A stretch of 63,938 nt of DNA, filler included, from Vezdaea acicularis (taxonomy: Eukaryota): NCBI GenBank assembly GCA_026025075.1. It is 3 parts of 3 records of this genome, joined end to end, with 100 filler letters (N's around TTAATTAATTAA, not from the genome) between each part and the next. Parts side by side here need not be neighbours in the genome. Positions count along the whole stretch, not along the records: positions 28,938 to 57,767 come from JAPEUI010000169.1; positions 57,868 to 63,938 come from JAPEUI010000288.1; 1 more part is not named here. One strand, 5' to 3'. Positions 47,090 through 58,892 of this stretch are shown in pieces (positions within the stretch are counted from its first letter, which is position 1; each line of letters begins with the position of its first letter). Under the pieces are notes generated by a model. That model worked only from the letters and a program-made list of their open reading frames with translations. It was not told where the DNA came from and did no database searches. The translations under genes and the position numbers were made by a program.

Positions 47090-49876
47090 ATGACTGCCTC
47101 CGATACATCGACGCAGAGTCGAAGTACGGCTGTGCTTGCCGTGACAGCAGTGGTCGTTGCTGTTTCATTCCTTTCTGTATCGTTACGACTTGTAACGCGT
47201 ATTGGTATTGTCCATCGGTTCTCCTGGGATGACGTCTTCATTGTACCGGCATGGGTATGCTTTCGCCTGCAGTGCTTGCACAGCAATTTCTGACATTGTT
47301 CTAGCTGATCGCATTTGGACTATCGTTCTCAATATGCTATGGGACGTCGCGGGGACTTGGAAAACATGAAGTGGATATACCGATAGAATGGGAAGGTTCC
47401 CTAAAGAGATCGGAGTATGCGTTCAGCGTCTTATATGCAGGTACCCGTCTCCGCAGATTGTGTCACCATGCTAATCGACACCAGAACCCTGCCCTCATGG
47501 CGACAAAGACATCCATCCTAATATTCTACCTCAACCAACTCGCCAAGACCGCCAGAGTATTTAGATGGTGCTCATTCGCGACGCTCATTGTGGTGAACGC
47601 TGCCGGTGTAGCTTTGACATTGCTAAATATCTTTCAATGCCGCCCCATTGGAGCAGTATTCGCAAACCCGCTCCCCGATTCTGCAAAATGTGTCGATATT
47701 GTCGGCCTCTACCTCGCCTCCGCCCCAGTCAACATCATTACCGATCTTGCTATATTGTTTCTACCCATGCCAATTCTCACAAGCCTTAGACTGCCAAAGA
47801 AGCAAAAGACCATATTAGTGTTTACTTTTGGTAGGCGCTCACTAAGGGAATGCTCCGACTTCAACTAATGATCTTACCAAGCTTTGGGTGGCTTCGTCAC
47901 CATTGTTGATGTTGTGCGAATTGCATACCTTCAGCAAGCAGCCCTCCAACGACTTACGGACTACGGCACGGGAACAAAACAAGGCTCAAGGATTGCAGGT
48001 GGAAGTGACTTTCCGTGTATGTCTTCTCTCGTCCATACCATCGTGGATACTAACAATCATAGGGTACGCGTCCCTTTCATTCATGTGGACGGCTGTAGAA
48101 GTCAACGTTGGTATTGTGTGTGCCTGTATCCCAACATTGAAACCTCTTGTTTCGCGGGTAATGCCGAGTATGCTTCATGATCGGATGAGTAACCACATTG
48201 GCTCGCTCCCGATCGCGTCAAGAGCTACTGAACGGACAGACCAGCCTCTAAATGGCAGAGCTCGGATATCATCATCTTCCGAGGCGCAAGGCGAAAAAGC
48301 TTCTCCCTCCAGCGAGCCATACACTCGTGGGGGCGATATGGACATGATAGACTTCTTGACCACTCCCGAAACAGCGGAGTCTGCCGTTAGAAATCACTCG
48401 AGCACCACAGCAGCGACACGCCAGACACACCAGCAAGAAACTTTCTTCGACTTTGTCGATATGCAAAACCGAAAGTCCATGGTCAAAATGACGACACGAG
48501 AGGCCTTAGTGCCGTTAGCCCTTGTCACGATACTCTTCTTCCTCTGGGGTTTCGCGTATGGCCTTTTAGACGTTCTCAATTCGCAGTTTCAACTCGTAGT
48601 TAAGATGAGTGCAGGTCAATCAACGGCTTTGCACAGTTCCTATTACGCCGGCTACTTTGTGGCTTCTCTCACATTTGCCAGGGCCATCTTCCGGGCGTGG
48701 GGCTTCAAAGCTACGTTCATAACCGGCTTGTGTGTGTACGGCTGTGGTACCCTTATCTTCTGGCCCTCTTCAGTCCTGACGTCCTTCCCCGCTTTCCTGG
48801 TATCCAATCTGATAGTGGGAATGGGGCTTGGCACTCTCGAAGTCGCCGCCAACCCTTTCATCGCGCTCTGCGGGCCAGCTCAATACGCCGAGGTGCGGCT
48901 CCTCGCATCACAAGGCGTCCAAGCTATTGCCACCGTCGTCTCGCCCATCCTTGCCAAGAGGGTCCTCTTCAAAAGTGTCCTCAATGCACCTTCCCTCATC
49001 GATGTGCAATGGGCATACCTCGGCATCGCGCTCTTTGTCGTCCTCCTCGCTGTCGCCTTCCACTATCTTCCACTACCCGAAGCCTCAGACAATGACCTCG
49101 AGGACGAGCGGTACTAAAACTATTCCGTCAATTCAAGGCCAGTCTTTGGAGCACCCGTGATCTTCATCACACTGGCCCTCGGCGTCTTCTCGCAATTCTG
49201 CTATGTCGGCAGCCAGGAAGGAATCTCCATCGCTTTCCAGCCCTACGCCCAATCCATCCGGCCCGGAACCTCATCCACCACAGCCTTCAACTATCAGGCC
49301 ATAGGCCACTCCGCTTTCGCCATCAGCCGCTTCCTAACCGCCGCTCTATGCCTCCTCGTCCTCCCCCGCTCCGCCCTACTCGTCTCCTACATCGGCTCGA
49401 TCATCACCTCGGCCCTCCTCATCCGCCTCAAAGGCAACGCCGGCATCGCCCTCCTCGTCCTCGCCGCCTTCTTCGAAGCCCCCATCTTCCCCATCATCTT
49501 CGCCTTGTGCCTGCGCGGCCTCGGCCGCCATACCAAGTCCGCTTCCGCTTTCCTAACTGCCTGCGTCAGCGGCGGCGCTATTGTTCCTGCTATCATGCTC
49601 CCCGTCTCGAGCGCGGGCCGTATCCCCACCGCTATGGCTGTCCCCCTCGCCTTTTTCGCCGCGGGGCTCTTGTTCCCGCTTTATCTCCTACTCGTCCCCG
49701 CCGCGAAGGCGCAGGTGGATCCTGTCCTACTCTTTGCGAGAAACGGGAGGGGGGGCAGGCCAGGTCGGCCTGTTAAGCGGCAGAGCGATGTGTGGAAGCG
49801 CGAGAAGGCCGCGAGTGTGGGCAGGGAGGAACCTACAGTTGAACATATCGAGGGTGCGGCGAGCGCAGGCGCGTAG
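47090..49876 (+). CDS. Fusion of a PTH11-like (fungal rhodopsin-type) 7-TM domain with a FucP-type MFS sugar transporter; in-frame TAA at 49115-49117 (possible pseudogene allele)
   Basis: LRLVTR..WDD, G.GLGKH, KTSILIFY, FQCRPI, NIITDLAILFLPMP, WTAVEVNVGIVCACIPTLKPL, then in the same exon LFFLWGFAYGLLDVLN, LEVAANPFI; after the TAA, same frame, FSQFCYVGSQE, PIFPIIFA, SGGAIVP. Confidence 0.85.
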
Positions 49877-50738
49877 TGTCGTATCGTGTCGTGTAGAGTA
49901 TTATAGAGCATAGGTGGGGTCCTTTAACTTATTGCTGCGTTTGAGCGAGGCGTTGATCGAGTGGACACTTTGATATTTTGAGTCTTTGGAGGGAGGCATG
50001 GATGGAAAGTCGAAGGATATCACTTTTGAAGCTTGCGTGGGTCTCACGATACTGTAGTTTGACCTCTTGTGTAAAGAGAACAGGAAAACGTGTATATATA
50101 TACTAACCTCTGGATATCCGCAATTGAACCGTCTTTATTCACATATTTACCAAATGGACGCCCTGATACTGCGATTCAGTTGCGTAGCTACACATACAGG
50201 TGTATGGTCGGAGAAGGCGATGGCATCCTCATCATGCGTCCATAATTTCCATAACACTTCACAGTCAATTCCGTATGATCAAACTTGTGAATACCAGCCA
50301 GAGTTGCATGATTAAATACGCCGAAGACGCGTCTAGCTACCCGCCCGAGCACTTCTATCCGTGAGATGCAAAAGAAATGGAAGGAAGCCATATCCCATCT
50401 AATCGGAAGGCCCCTCCAAACGCCTAAACCGAAGTCCTGCGTTTCGCCATCGCGGCAAACGCACTCGGTTATGCAGGTAAAAAAGAAAGGTAGCAAGGTA
50501 CAATTAGGCTGGATAGTGGGACAAGAGGATGAAGGGTTCCAAAGACCATAATCTATGCCATACTGCGCCGTGGACCTGTGATGCTGATGCTTCAATGACG
50601 GGAAGAAGAGGTAGGAAAAGGAAAGGAAACGAGAGGATCCTGGGTTCTATGTGCAAACAAAAATAGAAATACTCTATCCGTCATCTTGGTCCGCCTCTCA
50701 GCCGTGGTGTCATAACCTCATGTAGCGTCGCGGGGTAG

Positions 50739-53574
50739 TTACCGCGCAGTGCCCAGTCGTTGTTCTTCGCTCTCGATCAAGCTTGGAGGTGATGGGCTAG
50801 AAGCACCTGTCTTCTCGTCCCGACGAGCTCTCGAACCGGGGCGTGGGCTAGAGACGCGTGACGAGTTCACCACTTGGCTCAGGCCGGTCCCTGATGTGCT
50901 TGCCTCAAGCCCCATAGGAGCGAGAGGAGTGGCCGAGTTATGCTGACTAGAGTATCTTAGATGGTCAGACTCCGGCCGATCTGAGAATGGGTTGTTGCTG
51001 AAGTCGCGACTACTCCAGCTCGCACGATGCACTCGACCCCCCCATGGAACAGTCGTGTAGGACATCATGCTGTTCCCGCCAATACTGTTACTCCGACTTG
51101 CGCGCGCTGAGCCAGGATGGAAAGAGAGCTTCGATGCATTCGGGTTACCCAGTTCACTGACCAAATCTGGATCTTCATCCTCGATCTTAGGACATCTACG
51201 GACAGATGAGACGTTAAAGTATGGCTCAACGGGAGCCGCTGGAGCTGCTGGTGGTGGTGGCGGTAGATCGGCCGCAGCTTGAGCGACATGGGTGAGGTAC
51301 TTCCCGCGAGCTTTGACCAGCTTTTCAGGTTTAAATTCCGTGCGGTTTCGCGTGATTGACATATAGCTGGAGATTGCTCCCACCGCAATCGCGACCATCA
51401 GAGCAATTGTGAGCACGGACTGTATGACGATTATGACGATACCAATTGCAGTAGTCGTGATGCGGCCGATGTTGAACCGTACATCAAATGCGGCAGAAAG
51501 AGCTGTTGTGGTTACTTTACTGAAGCCGAGGAGGTAAACCATAATAGCGTTCAGTCGTGCCCCTTCGAAAGGCTTCATTTTGATGGTGAATATTAGGGCA
51601 ATTATCTCAACAATTAACAGGCCAAAGACCTGAATCATTGGATGGCCAATTGCTCCACCATAAAGGCAAGCTCGTACGAACTCGTATACAATCCAGAGAG
51701 CAAAAAACCACCATCGAGTACGTCTAAATCGGGCGGCCAACCATCCGAACTTCTTTATATAGATTTCGTCTTCATGGACAGTCATCCGCGAGGGATCGTG
51801 GTCGACGTAGTAGATTCTGAACCAGGGGAGAGAAGCGACGAAGGTTTTATCGCCCTGCTTTTCAACATGCTGACTCTCTCGTGATACAGAGAACCAGGGA
51901 AGATGCTTCAAAAGCTTCTTTCCTTCAAAGTTGAGGCGATCTGGATCAGACTGATAATGGCCGAATCTGAGCCGATAGAAGCACGCGTACCCAGCCATCC
52001 CGATCATGCTCACGAAGAAAGCCAGGAACACAATTACGGCGACTGCTGTGACTCCAGCAGAGCCCTTTGAGGAGAGCTGGTAAGTCGACAAGAGCATCAT
52101 CATGAAAAATCCAATCAGACAGGTTCGAAGTACCGCAAGTAGTATATAACCTCGCCAATGAGAGCGGAAATAGGTGAGACGATCTGATCTGATGAACTTG
52201 AACCGGCTGAGTGCTTCGAGGGCGACTTTGAAGGCTACAACGCTGACGATGACGATCGAAAGCACAACCAGAAACCAAAGTAATCCAGTCATGAATGCAT
52301 TCGATGATGGTATGCTTTCTTCGGATAAGACGCCGCCAAATCCCGACCAGTTGCCAGGTAAGGGCATACCGGGCTTGACGGGCGTTCCATACCAATCGTA
52401 TCCGTCAGTCTTGTTGATCAAAGATCTCTTGCTCAGCGCACTTTCCAAGCTTCGTGAAGCAATTCGGATTGGAGAATCTACCGCGGTCTCCCTTCGGAAT
52501 ATAGACATGAGCGACCGACTATAGATCCCGCGAAGCGAATAACCTCCACCTAAGCTATTCCCAATGGTTGCAGCGTCTCCAACGGAACTGGTATTTCCCC
52601 GGTTACTTCCTAGGAACTGGTTGATGGAGTTTTGCATACTTTCGGTATATATCATCCCACCAGCCCATGCATAGTTGCTCCAGAATGCCGCGAGGACGCT
52701 CGGCCAATTGAGTGAAAGAGTCCCAGTAAAGAAGATGTGTTGGAAGACGGAGAATACGACGAACACTGACAAGGAGTGAGCGTAATGGCTACGCATGGTG
52801 GGAATGTGATCTCCATAAACAGCAGTAGCGAAGGAAGCCACGATGGCGACGACTGTGAAGATCCCCAGGATACTACCCACAGCCTCGGGGTGTGAGAATG
52901 TGGCCCCATTTGTCATCACCGTTGAGTAACAACCAATCTCAGATTGCGTTGAATTGGCAAAAATGCGTAGGATGGCTTCGCCTTCAAAGTCGGGAATTCC
53001 AAGCGCTATTGGAGGTATACCCGCTACATCTACCGGTGCAACGGGAATAATGCCATTGGCTTCGATTGGGACCGATCTGTTCATAGGGCACAGACTTGCG
53101 ATGTTCGCGTTACAGGGGTCGAAAGTCAGGTCGAACCTACTCTCTCCGTCTAAGAGTACGTTAGCATTTCAGAAAGGAGGGTAGAGGTAGAGTTCTGCGC
53201 ACAGGCATAAACCCCGATAAACACTACAGGACGAATTAGCTTCGAGCGTGAAGGCGTTAGATTTTAGAGCACATACTCATCAACGACTCATTACGGACAT
53301 TCGTATTCCCCTGCATGTGGAATAGGACCGTCATATTATCCTTGTAGTAGGCCGCGTCAAACCGAGTGACATTGATGAGGCTAGATCCCAAGCAATCGCC
53401 GAAATTACCGGTATACAGAGCCGGCTTTCTCGAGTCTGGCACATATGCCGAGTTACCATCGCCATCCTGTATCTGAATAAACGTCTGGTTGCCTTTCGCT
53501 ATCGAAGGTTGAACGAGGGTGCCCAAAGAGAAAAGAAAGACCAAAAAGGTTCCGAACGAAGGAAATCTCGCCAT
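50739..53574 (-). CDS. FLC/TRP-like flavin-carrier or calcium-channel family protein (ML-like domain + TRP domain), 3 exons
   Basis: Signal peptide; PALYTGNFGDC, FDAAYYKDNMTV, 21-nt middle exon (FIGVYA), FDPC, IPDFEGEAILRIF, LSLNWPSVLAAFWSN, KFGWLAARFRRTRWWF, many TM helices. Confidence 0.88.
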
Positions 53575-56111
53575 CTCAGCACGCCTGCCCCGCCGATGCA
53601 AATCCTGCACGAAAAGCTCTCCGGATTAGAATTATGGAGAGTTCGTGGTGGAGGTCAGTCAGACCCGTCGTCTGGGTGGTGACGACTTAGATTCTCAACT
53701 ACCGCTTCACTCTAGGCAAAGCCAAAGCCGGCGTTGTTTCGAGGCAGCCAGATGGGATCTTCAAAGAAATCTGCAAAGATAGTTGTGCTGAACGTTCGAC
53801 CGATCGGCAAATCTATCTTTTGCAGTTGTATGAAGTGTGGTGGCCTCAATTGAGCGTGTGTGTTCTCGCTCCTTTCCTTGGTCGTCGTCGGCTTCGTCAC
53901 CGCGTATCAGTCGCCGCGAAGTTGCAGAGAACGGCAAACCAGCTGGACATTCTCTGATTGCAAGGTGAAGTGAGTGAAAGAGGAGATACTGGGCCGAAAA
54001 GAGGAGGGCTCCAGAGTAGGTTAACGAGAGTGGTGGTGCCGTAGCTCGCAGTCCGTCATGAGCCGTATGGAAGCAGGTAAGAAGCAGCGGCCGGGCAGAG
54101 GTGTGGCCGAACGCACAAAGCGAAGCAGCAGCGACGACGCAAAACAAGCTTCACAGGTTCCTGCTCTGCGCTGCTTCCACTCACGGCTAGGCGCAAATTG
54201 CGTGGCTTGATGCCGGTCGTGCCTGCTGGAAGCACCTCGCTAAGGGCCGGCGGTGGCTGCCAGTTCCAATCAATCCCACCCCTTGTCCGTTCTGTGGTGG
54301 TATCGTCCCCTTCCGCTAAGATCCGCCAAGCAAAAAAGCTCGACAGCTCGAGCGCTAGAGACAGCCCGCGGATTTCACGAACAGCGACGACGGAGCTTCG
54401 TCATCATCCGCTCCGTGCACGCTGAGACGCCGACAAGAGTCACCAAACCGGGAAGCTGCCAAACAACAAGAGAGCGTCATCACCGACCGCCTCCCTCACC
54501 GCGGCGATCTGGATATGTCCAATTAATGCAAGCTGCGGCTATATTGCTTGGCCGACCAGCGTAACGCAGGGGCCTCATCGAAGAATGTCCAGCGGTGGCC
54601 CCTTCGCTCGCTCCTCCAGCAAGGAGAGACCTTCTCCCATCACAAGTACTGACGGCACAAGACTCAGGATTTGATGGAGTGCAACGTGATATCTGACACG
54701 GCGTCATCGCGCTCTTCACGAACGGACATCGTCTGAGATAAGACTTCACGCCAAACATCAAAAGGTGTGGACAAGTTTACCGTATCGCTCGGTCCGGCGC
54801 CGAAAGTGTCCGCCAAGCGCGGGATGTCCTGATGTCGCTGATTGTCGCACCTCCACTGGCAGCATGAGGCACCACCGTCTCACTCTGGCGAGGGCGCCTG
54901 CATACGAGCTGCTGCAACTCCGAGATTGATGTCCAAACACCCATGATCTCTGGAGAAGTGTGCGCGTGATGGCGTTGCGATAGCCAGCGCGGCGCTCAGT
55001 CCATTGCCACTGTCCCCGTCTCTCTGTGCAGACAAACTCAGGACGTTCTGGTCGAGCTCTCATCCCAGCAGTGGCTGGTGCATCCCGTCCAAACGCACAT
55101 CGTCGCTGATCTCCGGAGCGGCACGGAACCCAATGTCGCTGAGCGGTCGCGCTTGGGAGCTCTCCCTCACGGCTCACCGTTGCCACTTCCCATCTTGGCT
55201 AAAAAGGCGAGACGAACCTGCAGCACTCCGGATGATTGGCGGCCGCCGGCTGGCCAAATGAAGCGGAACCGCATCGTGGATCGTCACGATTCCATCTGCT
55301 CCCCTCAAACATCGTGACTTCGGGCCCAAATGCCTCACAACAAAGACTCACAAAAAAAAGAGCATCAACAAAAAAACTCTCTCGATTGCGCAATGTAGGT
55401 CCGTGATCCCATGCTAGTTGAGACACTTTTTCTTGCCAGGCGGGCAAGTGCTCAGGCCGACCCAAATCCTTCCCCTGCAGCAAGTGCCCGTCGCTGGTCG
55501 GCGCCCACGTGTCTCCAGCCGTCCTAAATTTAGGCCGCTACTTCAATAACTCAGCACACGACCAGGTGGGTTGACAAAACAGTCAGGTCGGATCCTGCGG
55601 CGGTACCGTGCTACGACATGTCTCATACTGGTACGAGCTCGGCATCGACCTCGCTTGCATGGCCGTCAAGCCGTCAACAGTGTGAAAATCGGGCCTCTTG
55701 CCCAATCAGACGGTCCAATCAATGGCAAGGTCTACATCTGCCATGATTAATGCACACAATTATGCCTGATTTTATCTGTAGAGCTGAGACTTTAGACATA
55801 TATTTTTGAGCGTCGTTGTTTCTGTTCAAACGGTTTCGCGGATTTTGAAAGCGCTTCGAGGCGAGATCGAACGCCCGATCCGGCAATAGTCGAGCTACAT
55901 CTGTTATTCAGGAAAAAGAATACCTGCGAAGGATTCAATGGGCGCCCAGATCAATATGTGGTCATACTCTATAAAGCGATATAGCAGTCAAATCACGCAT
56001 CAGAGTCCGGAGAACATGCATCAGCCCGTACTATAAATTCAAATGATCAAGCTGATGATCTGTTATTAAGCTGTCTCGCGCACATCCCCCTATCTACAAA
56101 AAGCAACAACC

Positions 56112-57076
56112 CTACGCCACAGCCGCCGTTTCAGGAAACGTGCAAAGAACATTATACAACGCAAAATTGCGACAATAGGGTGAAGTCGTCGAGCCATTCA
56201 AGAAAACATCCCACACCGCGCCCGAGAACAGATTGCAGACGGTGCTGCTGTCGGGATTGGTGCCGAATTGGTAGGTATGGCAGTTTGATGTGGCCACGCA
56301 CTCGGTAGAACAGCTTTGTGTGCTGTTGACTGTGCCTATATTCGATGCCAAGAGCTGGTCCGCGCTGCTGCAGCCGGGAACATCGCAGTAGATGTAGGGG
56401 CCCGGGGCGGTGGCGGTTTCGGTCGGGCCGGTGAGGCTGGTGGTCGTTATGGTGGTGAGCACGCTTGATGGTGGGAGTGTAGTCTGGATTGGGAACCTGG
56501 ACTTAGTAAAGGGGTAGGATATTAGAAGGTGAAGCTGCGCTTACAGTGACGGTGGTGGAGGGGGTCGGCGGAGAAGATAATGTCACGAGGCAAGAACAGG
56601 CGCTGCTAACCCGACTTGCAGGATAGGTCGCAGATATGAAAGTTGGGTAGGGCCCATCTCGTTTCTTGAACGTGTTGATCGCCGTTGGGTAATCTGTCGA
56701 TGTCGTCGTAACGGTGGTCGATAAAACGCTATCCCATGATACCGTCAGCGCGTTATGTCCCCCGCCACATACAACGGATATTGATGAGCACTTACGTGAT
56801 ATCCGTCTCGACGACTATGACAGGGGAGGGTGTTTGGGTATAAGTGGCCGTGGCGGTCGTTATGCTAGGCTGAATGTATGTAGAGCAGAAAGCGCTGGCA
56901 CTGCCACGGTACTCTGGACTCTCTAGGCGGCGTAAAAGATTGTCTGCGTTGCATGTCGAGCGCTTGAATACTGGCGCAGAAGGGCAGATGCCGTTCAAGC
57001 AGCCTTGCGCCGTGAATGGAGCTGCAGAAGCCAAGCCTGAAGTTATGGCTACAGCTGCGACAAGTTTACGGAGCAT
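56112..57076 (-). CDS. Secreted Thr-rich protein with C-terminal Cys-rich PAN/apple-like module (3 exons)
   Basis: Signal peptide MLRKLVAAVAITSGLASA; CNADNLLR..ASAFCSTY; exon 2 FKKRD..SRVSSACSC; exon 3 CSTECVATSNCHTYQF..CNLF; both introns GT-AG and frame-preserving. Confidence 0.8.
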
Positions 57077-57767
57077 TGTGAAAGAAGGGCGCAATCGGAG
57101 AGACCACTATCAGAGATATAAGAGATGTGCCAATCTTCGAATTCAAAGGATAAGAACGCCTTTGAATGATTGGCCCGACCTTTCAGATGGACTTGACGAT
57201 GCAAGGAATAAATGCACTGGCTCCCATAAGACTCTTTATAACGCTTAGCCAACCCTTTCAACTAAGCAGCGGTGAGGGAAGAAGACATGGTTGTTAAGCT
57301 TAAGATTACATCCGGGAACATCGCTGTGACCCGTGACGAGCAGCTTGAATCCCTTCCAGAAAGGATGCTTAACCAATGCAGGGCTTAGACTCCATCGTCG
57401 TGAGAGCCTAACAAAACGAGCGAGGAGCGAAGCCCTGCTACAAAGTATAACAGGGAATGATTGCTTTAAAAGGATACGGGGGTCCCCCTCTTCTCGATAG
57501 GCTGGTGTGAAAAGACCATTCGGGCATGGAAGTGTAAGCCTTCTGGAATGCCTTGGTCACAGTCGAGCCGCTTTCTGCAGCCAGAAGCAAGGGCATGGAT
57601 ACTGACATGTAAGGACGCGTCTCTCACAGGATCATCGATTTACGCTGGGTGTTTCTCGAATGTCTCGTATTTTGTCCCAGAAGATACCTGCAGCGGTCTC
57701 GTACCTTTGTTCCTGCGGGTTCCCAGGACAGGCGTGTTATCGTCGCTGGATTCAGCCTATTATCCCA

Positions 57768-57867
57768 NNNNNNNNNNNNNNNNNNNNNNNNNNNNNNNNN
57801 NNNNNNNNNNNTTAATTAATTAANNNNNNNNNNNNNNNNNNNNNNNNNNNNNNNNNNNNNNNNNNNN
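57768..57867. other. Assembly gap with artificial linker
   Basis: 44 N + TTAATTAATTAA + 44 N. Confidence 0.97.
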
Positions 57868-58892
57868 GCAACCGCAAGGGCGAGGGCGAATGGATGGCGT
57901 TGGAGGCGGCCGCTGCGCTGGCCTCAGTCATCGGCCTTTGTCACTTGTTTCAGTTTCATCGCTCTCCGCCGCCTTCTCTTGCATCATCTTAGTTGGTTCG
58001 CGTACCTGCAGAAGTCGTGGTGCTTGCTCGTGCCTGCTCGTGCCTGTCTGTCCTCCAGACCACTCAAGTGAAATGTCCTGTGTGGGTGCGGTGTGTTCTG
58101 TCCGCAGTCCGCAGTTCCGCTTGGCAGACTAGGCTAGGGCAGGGCCCGGACCATGAGCTCGCGGCAGGGATCGCTGCACCCACCATTTTCCGCCCTCACC
58201 CATCCACGCCCTTTCATCGCCGGCCCTCCCAATAGGCGCGAGGGCACGAACTCTCTCTCACTGGCCCGAAGTGAAGACGAGAAAAGAGTTGTTGGTCGCG
58301 ATCCAACCCATCCGCCTTTTCTCCTCCACCGCCTTACCCGTCCGCCCTCTTGCTCTCATCTCTTCTCTCCCTTCCATCTCCTCCCTTCACCTTTCACCCT
58401 CATCATCTCCGACACCAAGACCTACGGCTGGCCCACATACTCCGGCTGCCGCTCTTTAATACCGCCCTTTCTCGGATTGCGATTGCTCCCTGTCCTTAAT
58501 TATCCCCCCCCCCCCTTCTCCGAACGATCCATCCCTCGCCGGTGGGTCGGGACGACGCAGGCTTCGCTCGGACATTGGGGGCTGAGATCTGACGCATCGA
58601 ATCGCATCGTACGGTAATTTTGTACTTATTATCTGCCAGACGATCATACTACCGCCGAGCGATTGGGCTTGTCGCCGGGAGACGCCGACCTCTCTGCGTT
58701 TGATCAACCCTCGCCGCATTCGACATCTCCGTTCTGTGTCAGGTTGCGCTCCGCCCCGCTGGGAATTTGTCTTTGTACGACGGTGAAAGAAATAGCGGCC
58801 CTACTGCGCATTGCTGCATAGAACCTTGAATCTGCCCAGGGGTGGGCGGCGTTTTCCAGTATTATAATAAGACCAACATCACTGGGGAAGCT

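Noticed and set aside
58156..58892. ATG-free stretch of ~740 nt before the RhoGAP
   Set aside because: Consistent with an ordinary long 5' UTR; no further signal seen.
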